This document shows, in pieces, positions 30,608 through 40,371 of a stretch of 64,000 nt of DNA. A program made the position numbers and the translations under genes. The DNA comes from Chrysiogenia bacterium. GTDB lineage: Bacteria; JAGRBM01. Location: NCBI GenBank assembly GCA_020434085.1, contig JAGRBM010000286.1, positions 1,246-65,245 of the forward strand, written 5' to 3'. The notes under the pieces were generated by a model. The model did no database searches and was not told the origin of the DNA. It saw nothing but the letters and a program-made list of their open reading frames with translations. Within the stretch, counting starts at the first letter, position 1; every line of letters starts with the position of its first letter.

Positions 30608-31500
30608 TTGTACCCTCTTTGCTTTTTGTTCGCAGCTGCCCAGCGCAGAAAATTCATAAACACCTTCTGTCCCCGCAACCCCCGACGAAAGACTCCGTAG
30701 TCCATCGCATGAGGTGCCTTGGAAGGCACGGACTTAACGCGGTCCCAGTAGATGCGAATCCGCTCAGGCTGAAACATCTCCGCCTGCATATGGCGCGTAG
30801 CGCGCGCAATTGCCCAGAGACCAAGTGGCGCGAGCGGCGCGACGATTGCCAGTTCCATCAAGTCGGAAATGCCAAACTTAAGGTCGGCTTTTTCCGATTT
30901 CTTGCCCTTGCGGTCAAGAAGCCAGTAGTCCATCGCTAGATGGTGGGATTCGTCGACGTCAATTCGTCGAAAGACTTCATCCTGAAGTGAGTCCTTGACC
31001 TTCTCCTTCAACAGCGGGATCAGGAGGCCGTCGAGCCCGATCTCGAAGAGAACAATCTGCGACGCCGTCACTTCATGTAAGAATCGGCTTTGAGATTGCC
31101 AAATATGTCGAATCGCCCGAAAATTGAGCCGCGTCAACAGCGGCATATCCTGCCAACTGACGCCGAGCCGCTTGGCCATGGCTATCTCGGATCGCGCGTG
31201 GCGCATTTCGTCGACGTAAAAATATTCATAAATCTGCTTCGCGCGAGAATCCCCGACATACCGCGCACAAAGCCGAAATATTTCAGCAGCCTGATATTCC
31301 AGGCCGGCCGTGAACACCAACATCAGACCCAGTTCTTTGCGCTCCCGAGACGACAGGTCGTCCGCCCCTTCGAGCGGCCGATCCCAGTCAAACTGATGCA
31401 CGGACCATTGCGTTTCGCGCGTGATGCGGAGCATTCTGTCCAAGTCGACGACATCTCTGCTACCATTTCCCTTGCTCTCGACTACTGATACTGAACTCAT
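30604..31500 (-). CDS. Ferritin-like diiron-carboxylate protein, paralog 3 (298 aa; group A)
   Basis: TQWSVHQFDW N-terminal motif; YVDEMRHARSE and DVDESHHLAMDYWLL diiron motifs; 4-nt overlap with the downstream thioesterase. Confidence 0.7.
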   Translation of the reverse strand: MSSVSVVESKGNGSRDVVDLDRMLRITRETQWSVHQFDWDRPLEGADDLSSRERKELGLMLVFTAGLEYQAAEIFRLCARYVGDSRAKQIYEYFYVDEMRHARSEIAMAKRLGVSWQDMPLLTRLNFRAIRHIWQSQSRFLHEVTASQIVLFEIGLDGLLIPLLKEKVKDSLQDEVFRRIDVDESHHLAMDYWLLDRKGKKSEKADLKFGISDLMELAIVAPLAPLGLWAIARATRHMQAEMFQPERIRIYWDRVKSVPSKAPHAMDYGVFRRGLRGQKVFMNFLRWAAANKKQRGYK

Positions 31501-31540
31501 CTCATCAACTCCTTGGGGATTCCGGCGTCCAGTCGGGAAG

Positions 31541-32911
31541 TTAACCAGACGATTTTGGATAGAAAAAGCCGGCGTCCAGCCAAAACGGCTTCTTCAGAAC
31601 CGCTTTCTGATGCACGAATGTATCGAAAGTTCGGCGGCCGTGGTAGCTGCCCATCCCGCTGGGACCCACCCCGCCAAAGGGGAGAGACTGATTGCCGGCA
31701 TGCATCACGGTGTGATTGATGCACATCCCGCCGGACGATGTAGTCTTGACGGCGCGACGCTGCAGGTGCTGATCGCGAGTAAACAAGTAGCATGCAAGCG
31801 GTTTCGGCCTACCGCGCACGAATGCAAGTGCTTCATCCATGCTGTCCACGCTCAACACGGGCAGCACTGGACCGAAAATTTCCTCGCTCATGACCGGGCT
31901 TTGCGGCGTCACATTTCGGATCACGGTCGGCGCAATATAGAGATCGTCTCTGTCGCTTTCGCCCCCGACGACCAACTCGCCGTCATTGAGGAACCGTGAC
32001 ACACGCTCGAAATGACGTTCGTTGACGATTCGCGCATAGCGTTTGCTTCTTTGTGGATCGGAGCCGTAAAAATCGCGGATCGTCGCTTTCAGACATTCGA
32101 GCAACTCAGATTCGACTTTCTGATGGACAAGCGCATAGTCCGGCGCAATGCAGGTTTGCCCCGCATTCATGAATTTGCCGAGTGCAATGCGTCGCGCTGT
32201 GACATCCAAATCAGCTGTTGTATCCACGATGCAAGGACTTTTCCCTCCAAGCTCCAAAGTGACCGGCGTCAAATTTTCGGAGGCGGCATTCATCACAACA
32301 CGTCCGATCGTGCCATTTCCGGTATAGAAAATATGATCGAATCGCTGTGCAAGAAGCGTCTGGGTCTCTTCCGGACCGCCCTCGACAATCCGTATGCAAT
32401 CGGAATCGATGTAATCACCAAGCCTGTTTGCAAGCAGATCCGAAGTATGCGGCGCAATTTCCGACGGTTTCACAACCGCACAGTTCCCGGCGGCAATCGC
32501 TCCGGCCAGTGGAATCAACGTGAGTTGGACCGGATAGTTCCAGGCTCCAATTATCAGGACAACGCCAAGCGGATCCTTATGGATATAACTCGCCGCCGGC
32601 TGCAGCATCAGCGGCGAGGGAACTTTTTGCGGCCTCAGGTAACGCTTTAAATTGAACTTGAGGCTCGCAATTTCCATTCCCACGGAAAGTACGTCGGCTG
32701 CCATTGCTTCCTGCGCAGGCTTGCCAAGATCGGCAGACAGGGCACGGAGTATAGCCGTCCGTTGCTCGTAGCAAAACTTCAACAATCCCGTAAGTTGCCG
32801 TTGACGCCAGCGAAGCGGTTGCGCATGCCCTGCGTCGAAGTGCCTTCGAAGCTCTTCAACCACCCTTGCGATTCGATGCCTTTCAGCATCCTTGAGCATA
32901 GAACTCCCCAT
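31541..32911 (-). CDS. Aldehyde dehydrogenase (class 3 / fatty aldehyde dehydrogenase-like)
   Basis: ELGGKSP Glu motif and catalytic Cys motif FMNAGQTCIAPDY. Confidence 0.85.
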   Translation of the reverse strand: MGSSMLKDAERHRIARVVEELRRHFDAGHAQPLRWRQRQLTGLLKFCYEQRTAILRALSADLGKPAQEAMAADVLSVGMEIASLKFNLKRYLRPQKVPSPLMLQPAASYIHKDPLGVVLIIGAWNYPVQLTLIPLAGAIAAGNCAVVKPSEIAPHTSDLLANRLGDYIDSDCIRIVEGGPEETQTLLAQRFDHIFYTGNGTIGRVVMNAASENLTPVTLELGGKSPCIVDTTADLDVTARRIALGKFMNAGQTCIAPDYALVHQKVESELLECLKATIRDFYGSDPQRSKRYARIVNERHFERVSRFLNDGELVVGGESDRDDLYIAPTVIRNVTPQSPVMSEEIFGPVLPVLSVDSMDEALAFVRGRPKPLACYLFTRDQHLQRRAVKTTSSGGMCINHTVMHAGNQSLPFGGVGPSGMGSYHGRRTFDTFVHQKAVLKKPFWLDAGFFYPKSSG

Positions 32912-32928
32912 GCGTGCCTACCTCCTCG

Positions 32929-34017
32929 TTACCGAGGGAGCGCACGCTCCTCTTGAATTATGACTTCAAACTCACCAGTTCGCTCGTCAAAAGCCATTAC
33001 GTCGCAGGCACACCAATTGGATACCGCAGATTCCATGACTCCCACCAGAAGAATGGGATTCACCTTTTTGCCGGCGACCCCTGCCTGGAGTGCCGCGAAA
33101 CTCAGATCGACAAGCCGTCGCGGTCGCCGCTCAAGCTCGCCCCATGCCCAATCCAAAAGCCCTTCGCGCTGGTTCATCACGTGCTTGAGAGCACCGTTGC
33201 CGTCCGAAAACAACGGTCCGTGCGAAGGCAATACCAACCCAAGATCCCAATCCGTCAGTTTCACCAGTGAACGAAGGTACACCGAAACGTCGTCACCCAT
33301 GGATCGCATGATCGGGGTTCCGTGCTCCAGAATTACGTCACCGGTTACCGATGCCCGACGCTCCGCCTCGACAAACACAAGGTGGTGCGGATTGTGCCCT
33401 GGGGTTTCAATCGTTTCCCACAAGTATCGCCCGGCTTCAAACTCATCTCCTTCCCTGAGACCCCTGGAAAATGGTATCGAGGTCGCGTCCTCGGCGAACT
33501 CGTGATACTCCGTCTCCGTTGAATCCGGGTTGGATTCTCCTGAAAATACCTTGTTACATGCATCGGCATCCATCGGAATGTAGCGTTTCACTTGGTCTCG
33601 AATCGCAGGAGCGTAGTTGAGGTGCGTAATCAGCGCTTTCCATGAACTGGTCTTTCTGTTGTAGGCAGAGAAATCTTCGCATAGCCCGATGCACCCTGTG
33701 TGCGCAACATGTTCAATATGGCCGGCCCGGCCCGCGAGAACGGCTCCCCCTCCCATATGGTCCACATGAGAGTGCGTGTACACGATCTGTTCGATATCGC
33801 CCAGGGTAATTCCTAGGCGTTTCAGTTGGACGACCAATGCATTTTGTGTCATCTCATGCGGAAGCCCTGCATCAAGCAGCGTCACCGGGCCGGGTCCACC
33901 CACAGCCAGATGAACGTAAACACTTCCGTATTTGGGTTGTGGCAGGCGAATCCTGTAGAGCCCGGGCAGTACTTCTTTCGGCTCGGCGAGGTTTTCCGTC
34001 TGGCATTGAATTGACAT
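32929..34017 (-). CDS. MBL-fold metallo-hydrolase
   Basis: HSHVDHMGG (HxHxDH) motif; paralogous to 47478..48536. Confidence 0.8.
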   Translation of the reverse strand: MSIQCQTENLAEPKEVLPGLYRIRLPQPKYGSVYVHLAVGGPGPVTLLDAGLPHEMTQNALVVQLKRLGITLGDIEQIVYTHSHVDHMGGGAVLAGRAGHIEHVAHTGCIGLCEDFSAYNRKTSSWKALITHLNYAPAIRDQVKRYIPMDADACNKVFSGESNPDSTETEYHEFAEDATSIPFSRGLREGDEFEAGRYLWETIETPGHNPHHLVFVEAERRASVTGDVILEHGTPIMRSMGDDVSVYLRSLVKLTDWDLGLVLPSHGPLFSDGNGALKHVMNQREGLLDWAWGELERRPRRLVDLSFAALQAGVAGKKVNPILLVGVMESAVSNWCACDVMAFDERTGEFEVIIQEERALPR

Positions 34018-34150
34018 GCTGAAACATCTCCATGTTGTCTTTCGTTACCGAAACAACGAGTTCGAGCTTTTTCATGCTTAAACATTAAGGGAGCCGTTGT
34101 TCGTTGCCGACCCCTCGCCCAGATCCATCCATAATTTCCACGGAATCCGG

Positions 34151-34951
34151 CTACATCATGTCCATTCCCATTCCGCACGTGACGCCGCCGTCCACTACAA
34201 GAGTCGTTCCCGTAACGAAATCAGCCAGGGGACTTGCCAGGAACACACAGGCCCTTGCGATGTCGTCAGGAACGCCGATTCTCTTCAACGGAGTGCGCTT
34301 CAGTAACGGTTTTCGAATCATGTCGGGAATCTCTTTTAGCCCCATTCTGAGCATCGGCGTATTGACGGCACCCGGACAGACCGCATTCACCCGAATTCCA
34401 TGCTGGCCAAGCTCCATTGCAAGCGCTTTTGTAAAGCCGACGACCCCGTGCTTGGACGAACAATATGCTGTGAGCAACGGCGATCCGATCAGCCCTTCAA
34501 CCGAAGAGATGCTGACAATCGCACCGCCTCGTTTTTTCAGCAAAGGGACCGCGGATCTGGAGCAGAAAAATATGCCGTTGAGGTTGGGACCGATCACTTC
34601 GTGCCATTGCTCGTCGGTTTGAAACTCGGCCAGGTTGCCTTTACCCACACCGGCGCAGTTTATGAGGGCGTCGAGCCGCCCGAATTCCTTTTCAATCGCC
34701 TTGGCACTCTGCATTGCTTGTTTCGAATCAGCGGTATTCGAGACTTCGATGATCACCTTCCGTCCGAACTGCGCCCGGATCAAATCTTTCGTTTCCTGCA
34801 GGCCTTCTTCATTCAGGTCGGTACCGTAAATGTCGGCACCGTGTGCGGCAAAACGCAGTGCAACACCGCGCCCAATTCCTGACGCTGCTCCCGTTACCCA
34901 GGCGATTTTGTCCGAGAAATCCGTTAGTCCGGTATCCATTACATCTGCCAA
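34151..34951 (-). CDS. Short-chain dehydrogenase/reductase (SDR)
   Basis: TGAASGIGRG cofactor motif; catalytic YCSSK; 266 aa. Confidence 0.9.
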   Translation of the reverse strand: MADVMDTGLTDFSDKIAWVTGAASGIGRGVALRFAAHGADIYGTDLNEEGLQETKDLIRAQFGRKVIIEVSNTADSKQAMQSAKAIEKEFGRLDALINCAGVGKGNLAEFQTDEQWHEVIGPNLNGIFFCSRSAVPLLKKRGGAIVSISSVEGLIGSPLLTAYCSSKHGVVGFTKALAMELGQHGIRVNAVCPGAVNTPMLRMGLKEIPDMIRKPLLKRTPLKRIGVPDDIARACVFLASPLADFVTGTTLVVDGGVTCGMGMDMM

Positions 34952-35013
34952 AGCCGGTTTACCCCTGCATCCGTGTCTAAAAATTCAGCGGGACTCTGTG
35001 GAGATCATCATGA

Positions 35014-36015
35014 TCAGCTTGTACGCCCTGTAGCCAAAAACAGCGCGGCTTTAAAAAGGCCGGGGCGTTTCTCAAAGAAATCGACAGCGGATTTCATGAA
35101 GTCCACGGACACTCGAAACGATTTGACTTCCATGGAATGTGGAGCTTTAGCATCGACGCTGAGCAGACGACCCCAGTAGGCTACGAACTCATCACCACCC
35201 ATCGGGGCTTCACGTACGCTCCATGCAAATGAGACGAGCCCCATCGCCGCGAAGCCGAACGAGAGCGGCCGAAACGGATAGGAGTATTTCTTGCCATTTC
35301 GTCTTCGCTTAGCCTTGAGGCCGTGCTTCGCTGCTTGCCCCTTCTCATCCAGTAACCAGTAATCCATGGCTATATGACGTGCTTCGTCACGATCGATGAG
35401 CTTGAAAACCTCCATCAAGAGCGGGTCATTGCTCATCTTTTTCAATGTCGGGAGTAGAATTGTATCGAGAGCGAGTTCGGCGATGGGGATGCCCGAGGCT
35501 CCAAATTCGTGGAGCAGCCTGCTCACTGGAGTTCTTCCTGCGCGGCGGATATCCTGTGAAAACTGCTTGAACATCGCACGAACCGGAAAGGGCAAATCAC
35601 GCCACGTAACTCCCAACCGCTTGGCGAGCTCGACCTCGGAATCCGCATGTCGCTGCTCATCCAAGGCAATCAACTGAAAAATGGTTTTTGCGGTCTTGTC
35701 ATTAGAGTGTCTGGCATGGTTCATGAACGCATCAACTCCGAGCCGCTCAAAGCCCGCGGTCATCAGGAGCATTTTCCCTAGCAGTTTCCTCTGTTTCCGA
35801 GTCTTTGCAATGTCATCCGCAATCGGCGAGTGCCAGTCAAAGTCGTGAACCGACCACTGGTTGCGCATGGCCACCTCGAGGAGGGTTTCAAGATTGACGG
35901 ACTTCGAGCGCCTCACGCCGAGGCCATCGACGTCAGAAAGTTGCGTGGCCAATCCAGCCGCGCTTTCCGCATTCAACACATGATTCTCTGAATTTTCTGG
36001 CGTACTTCTAGCCAT
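35014..36015 (-). CDS. Ferritin-like diiron-carboxylate protein, paralog 4 (334 aa; group A)
   Basis: NQWSVHDFDW; ALDEQRHADSE; DRDEARHIAMDYWLL; start taken at the Met at 36015 (the longer ORF reaches 36099). Confidence 0.7.
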   Translation of the reverse strand: MARSTPENSENHVLNAESAAGLATQLSDVDGLGVRRSKSVNLETLLEVAMRNQWSVHDFDWHSPIADDIAKTRKQRKLLGKMLLMTAGFERLGVDAFMNHARHSNDKTAKTIFQLIALDEQRHADSEVELAKRLGVTWRDLPFPVRAMFKQFSQDIRRAGRTPVSRLLHEFGASGIPIAELALDTILLPTLKKMSNDPLLMEVFKLIDRDEARHIAMDYWLLDEKGQAAKHGLKAKRRRNGKKYSYPFRPLSFGFAAMGLVSFAWSVREAPMGGDEFVAYWGRLLSVDAKAPHSMEVKSFRVSVDFMKSAVDFFEKRPGLFKAALFLATGRTS

Positions 36016-36100
36016 GGTCGGATCGATACCTCGCGTGACCAGAGCCCTCCCGCTGGGCCAAGTATATCGGTTGGCTGCGGGAGCAGCGGAGATCAACATG

Positions 36101-36126
36101 TGTAATATAGCATTTGCTATATTACA
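36101..36126. promoter_or_regulatory. Perfect 12-bp inverted repeat TGTAATATAGCA-tt-TGCTATATTACA (candidate operator)
   Basis: Read directly in the 270-bp divergent intergenic region between diiron paralog 4 and the ACAD operon. Confidence 0.5.
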
Positions 36127-36258
36127 AAGTCTAGTTGAAAATGACCTATACTTGAGGTAGCGTTTTTGCGCTGCGTGGGCGTGCGTGTCGACGAAGCTTC
36201 AAATGGGCGTAGTCGCCCCTAATCGGCAAAAAGCCTGTATATTCAGTTACTTTTAAAC

Positions 36259-36274
36259 ATTGCTCTAGAGCAAT
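36259..36274. promoter_or_regulatory. Perfect 16-bp palindrome ATTGCTCTAGAGCAAT (candidate operator or RBS-proximal regulatory site)
   Basis: Read directly; ends 10 nt before the ATG at 36285 and abuts the RBS AGGGGG. Confidence 0.5.
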
Positions 36275-36284
36275 AGGGGGTCTC

Positions 36285-37397
36285 ATGAACTTTGACTTTT
36301 CGCAAGACCAGAAGCTACTTCAGATGTCTGCTCAGGGCTTCCTCAGAGACCATGCGAGCTTGGCAGGGGTCAGGAAAATCCTGGATACAGATGCGGACTG
36401 GGATGCGACCCTCTGGACTCGGATGGCTGAACAGGGCTGGCAGGGCACCGCAATACCCGAAGAGTTCGGGGGGGCGGGTTTGGGTTATCTGGAACTGGCT
36501 CTCCTTTCCGAAGAGCTGGGAGCCTCTTTGGCACCTGTGCCGTTCTCGTCGTCAGTCTATTTCGTTACCGAAGCGGTCTTGCACTTCGGCACCGATGAGC
36601 AGAAGCGCAAGTACCTTCCAAAGCTTGCCACAGGCGAAACAATCGGCGCCTTGGCCTGGGCGGAAGGCCCAGGCATGCCAGGAGTGTCAGGACCGCTGAA
36701 AACATGCTTCGATGGAAACTCCCTCAGCGGCACCAAACTGCCGGTACTCGATGGCCAGGTTGCGAACCTGGCAGTCGTTGTGACATCGGAAAACGACGCC
36801 CTCAGCTTGGTCCTCGTAGATCTGAATTCCGATGGGGTCCAGCGCTCTCGGCTCGACTCCATGGATCCGACGCGATCTCAATCGAGCATTAGTTTTAATG
36901 GCGCCCCCGGCGAGCGCCTTGGTTCCTCCGGTGACGGGAGTCGAATACTTGATTGGCTCCTCGACCGGGCGGCTGTCCTCGTCGCATTTGAACAGCTTGG
37001 CGGGGCGAATCGAGCGCACAAAATGTCGCTCGAATATGCGAAGGAGCGATACGCGTTTGGCAGACAGATCGGCTCTTTCCAGGCCATCAAGCACAAAATC
37101 GTCGACATGTTGATGAGCGTGGATCTGGCGCGCTCCAACTGTCTCTACGCTGCATGGGCGCTACAGAACAATACTGATCTTCCCGTTGCTGCCGCGGCAG
37201 CGCGGGTTGCAGCAACCGAAGCATTCGAGTTCTGCTCCAAGGAAAACATTCAGGTTCACGGAGGTATCGGTTTTACCTGGGAGGCCGATGCTCACTTGTT
37301 TTTCAAAAGATCCAAGCTGCTGACGCTCTGGCTCGGAAATGCGGATCTCTGGCGTGACCGCCTGATGGCCAAACTCGACGACAAGCACGCGGCCTGA
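36285..37397 (+). CDS. Acyl-CoA dehydrogenase family protein (370 aa)
   Basis: ACAD N-terminal/middle/C-terminal domain architecture; IQVHGGIGFTWE C-terminal motif. Confidence 0.85.
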   Translation: MNFDFSQDQKLLQMSAQGFLRDHASLAGVRKILDTDADWDATLWTRMAEQGWQGTAIPEEFGGAGLGYLELALLSEELGASLAPVPFSSSVYFVTEAVLHFGTDEQKRKYLPKLATGETIGALAWAEGPGMPGVSGPLKTCFDGNSLSGTKLPVLDGQVANLAVVVTSENDALSLVLVDLNSDGVQRSRLDSMDPTRSQSSISFNGAPGERLGSSGDGSRILDWLLDRAAVLVAFEQLGGANRAHKMSLEYAKERYAFGRQIGSFQAIKHKIVDMLMSVDLARSNCLYAAWALQNNTDLPVAAAAARVAATEAFEFCSKENIQVHGGIGFTWEADAHLFFKRSKLLTLWLGNADLWRDRLMAKLDDKHAA

Positions 37398-37452
37398 CAC
37401 CTGGAACCCAATCGACTGAGCCGCCGCTTGCGGCGGGAAGGGAACTTCTACA

Positions 37453-38700
37453 ATGGATTTCAACGATACCAAGCAGGAAAGCGAATTTCGGAATGAAGCA
37501 CGAGCGTGGCTCAACGCCAATGCCAAGAAACGAGAAGACTCCGAAGACTTCTTCAGCATGTTTTCCGAGCGTGACGATTCCAATATGGTCGAAGCCGCCA
37601 AGGCATGGCAGGCCAAGAAAGTGGATGCGGGATGGGCGGGCATCACCTGGCCAAAGAGCTTTGGCGGCAGAGGCGGTTCGCCGATGCAGTCCGTCATCTG
37701 GGGTCAAGAAGAGTCAAAATTCAATGTCCCGCCCAATATCTTTGCGATCGGCATCGGCATGGCGGGCCCGACCATCATGGCCCATGGGACCAAGGAGCAA
37801 AAAGAGCAGCTTCTTCCGCCCATGCTTCGGGGCGACGAGATCTGGTGTCAGCTGTTCAGTGAGCCGGGTGCCGGCTCCGATCTCGCCGGGCTGAAGACTC
37901 GCGCCGTCAAAGACGGTGATGTCTGGGTCATCAACGGCCAAAAAGTCTGGACCTCGGGGGCGCACTACTCGGACTGGGGAATTCTCGTAGCACGGACCGA
38001 CTTCGACGCACCCAAGCACAAGGGCATTACGTACTTTGTCGTCAATATGAAAAGCCCGGGGATCGAGGTCAGGCCCATCAAGCAGATATCGGGTGGAGCG
38101 AACTTCAACGAGGTGTTCTTCACGGACGTTCGAATTCCCGACTCCAACCGCCTGGGCGGCGTGAACAAGGGTTGGCCGGTGGCTCTGACCACATTGATGA
38201 ACGAACGTTTCACAATTGGTGGCGGCGGCATGATGGGCGGCGGATTTGGGTTTGAAGACCTGGTCCAGCTAGCCAAGAAATTCGGTCAAAATGGCACCGC
38301 TGCGTACGGCGACATCGGTGTGCGCCGACGCCTTGCCGACATATACATTCGCTCCAAGGGACTTCAATACACCGGATATCGCGCCATCACGGCGCTCTCC
38401 AAGGGTGGGATACCCGGCCCCGAAGCCTCCGGCGGAAAGCTCATTTTTGGACAACTTTTGCAGGACATGGCGGCGCTGGCGCTCGAAATTCAGGGCCCCG
38501 TCGGCAGCCTGACCGAGGCATCGATCACGGCGCAGAATGCCGTGTGGCAAGAAGCCTTCATGTGGGCGCCCGGTATTCGCATTGCCGGCGGCACCGATGA
38601 AGTTCTTCGCAACATCATCGGCGAACGCGTACTCGGACTTCCAGGTGACGTTCGTGTTGATAAGGATGTGCCGTTCAGCAAAATCCCTTCGGGAAACTAG
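37453..38700 (+). CDS. Acyl-CoA dehydrogenase family protein (415 aa)
   Basis: ACAD architecture; GQKVWTSGA motif; adjacent to a second ACAD, a possible heteromeric pair. Confidence 0.85.
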   Translation: MDFNDTKQESEFRNEARAWLNANAKKREDSEDFFSMFSERDDSNMVEAAKAWQAKKVDAGWAGITWPKSFGGRGGSPMQSVIWGQEESKFNVPPNIFAIGIGMAGPTIMAHGTKEQKEQLLPPMLRGDEIWCQLFSEPGAGSDLAGLKTRAVKDGDVWVINGQKVWTSGAHYSDWGILVARTDFDAPKHKGITYFVVNMKSPGIEVRPIKQISGGANFNEVFFTDVRIPDSNRLGGVNKGWPVALTTLMNERFTIGGGGMMGGGFGFEDLVQLAKKFGQNGTAAYGDIGVRRRLADIYIRSKGLQYTGYRAITALSKGGIPGPEASGGKLIFGQLLQDMAALALEIQGPVGSLTEASITAQNAVWQEAFMWAPGIRIAGGTDEVLRNIIGERVLGLPGDVRVDKDVPFSKIPSGN

Positions 38701-38785
38701 CGCTGGAACTGCGCGCGTGTGCAGCCGCACAAAAGTTCCGGTCCGGTGATCGACCGCGAAGGGGAACAATCGAAGGGGAACAATA

Positions 38786-40348
38786 ATGAATGAGAAACTT
38801 CCGCTCGGATTCTGGCAGTGGGCACAGAAGGCGCCGGATCGGCATGGACTCGTCTCCCCTGATGGTAAGGAATATTCGGCGGGCGAGTTGCTTCAATTGA
38901 TCAACCAGCTATCGCATGGCCTGCGGTCCTTGGGGCTTCAAAAGGGCGACGGGATCGCAATGATGTTGGGAAACGGTACGGAATGGGTCGCATTGGCCCT
39001 CGCAGCATCACAGATCGGACTTTATTATACGCCGATTAATTATCACCTCACCGGGGAGGAAGCCGCTTACATCGTCGACGATTGCGAAGCGAAAGTCCTG
39101 ATAGTCGACGCCGCCTACTCCGATGCCGCACGTGTCATCGCGCAGCAGGCATCACTCCCTCAGGACCGGCGGTTTTCCGTGGGTTCTGTTGAGGGCTACC
39201 GGCCTTTTTCAGAAATTCACCAGGGCCAGCCAACGGACCTGCCTGAGAATCGCCTGGCAGGCCAGAATATGAACTACACGTCTGGAACGACTGGAAAACC
39301 CAAAGGTGTCCGACGACCGCTCATGCCCGCTACCCCTGAGCAAGCGGCACAGTTGGGAACACTGCTGGCCGGTCTCTTCAACATACCAGCTGGTTCCTAC
39401 GACGGGGTACATCTATGTGCCGGACCGCTCTACCACACCGCGCCCGGCGCCTTTAGCCTGATGGGTCTGCATCTTGGCCAGTCACTGGTGCTGATGCATC
39501 GATGGGATCCCGAGAAAACACTTGAACTGATCGATAAATTTCGCGTAACAACCACCCATCTGGTCCCGACCATGTTTCACAGAATGCTCGCACTGCCCGA
39601 TGAGGTCAAATCCAGATACAAGTTCGATTCCCTCAGGAGCGTCATTCATGCTGCTGCACCCTGTCCTCCGGATATCAAGCACCGAATGATCGAATGGTGG
39701 GGCCCGGTAATCTATGAATACTACGGCGCCACTGAAGGCGGCGGAACGTCGGTAAAACCCAAGGAATGGCTTCAGCATCCGGGTACCGTGGGGCGCGCAT
39801 GGCCGGGTTCCACGATCAAGGTTCTTGACGATGAAGGGAATGAGTGCCCACCGAACACTCAGGGAACGGTCTATATGGGGTCACCCATCGGATCCTTCGA
39901 GTACTACAAGGACCCGAAGAAGACGAACGAGAATCGCCGGAAAGACCTTTTCACTGTGGGAGATATTGGTTACCTGACCGAAGACGGCTTTCTCTTCCTG
40001 TGCGACAGAAAGTCAGACATGATCATCGCCGGCGGTGTGAACATCTACCCGGCAGAAATTGAAGCCGTCTTTCTTTCCCATCCCAAAGTCGCAGATGTGG
40101 CTGTTTTTGGAGTCCCCGACAACGATATGGGAGAGAGTGTCTACGCAGTGATCCAGCTCAGTGAAGGATCAGAGGATCTCGATGCCTTGAAGAATGAGCT
40201 CAATAAGTTTGCCGAGGCAAAGTTGGCCAAATTCAAGTTGCCGCGCGGGATGGAGTTCCGGAAAGAACTCCCTCGTGAGCCCAGTGGCAAACTTTTCAAA
40301 CGAAAACTTCGCGACGAGTTCTGGAAACATTCGGGTCGGCACATCTAG
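38786..40348 (+). CDS. Acyl-CoA synthetase (AMP-binding, fatty-acid-CoA ligase)
   Basis: YTSGTTGKPKGV AMP-binding motif; 520 aa. Confidence 0.9.
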   Translation: MNEKLPLGFWQWAQKAPDRHGLVSPDGKEYSAGELLQLINQLSHGLRSLGLQKGDGIAMMLGNGTEWVALALAASQIGLYYTPINYHLTGEEAAYIVDDCEAKVLIVDAAYSDAARVIAQQASLPQDRRFSVGSVEGYRPFSEIHQGQPTDLPENRLAGQNMNYTSGTTGKPKGVRRPLMPATPEQAAQLGTLLAGLFNIPAGSYDGVHLCAGPLYHTAPGAFSLMGLHLGQSLVLMHRWDPEKTLELIDKFRVTTTHLVPTMFHRMLALPDEVKSRYKFDSLRSVIHAAAPCPPDIKHRMIEWWGPVIYEYYGATEGGGTSVKPKEWLQHPGTVGRAWPGSTIKVLDDEGNECPPNTQGTVYMGSPIGSFEYYKDPKKTNENRRKDLFTVGDIGYLTEDGFLFLCDRKSDMIIAGGVNIYPAEIEAVFLSHPKVADVAVFGVPDNDMGESVYAVIQLSEGSEDLDALKNELNKFAEAKLAKFKLPRGMEFRKELPREPSGKLFKRKLRDEFWKHSGRHI

Positions 40349-40371
40349 GCGACTTACGTGGGGATTATTTC

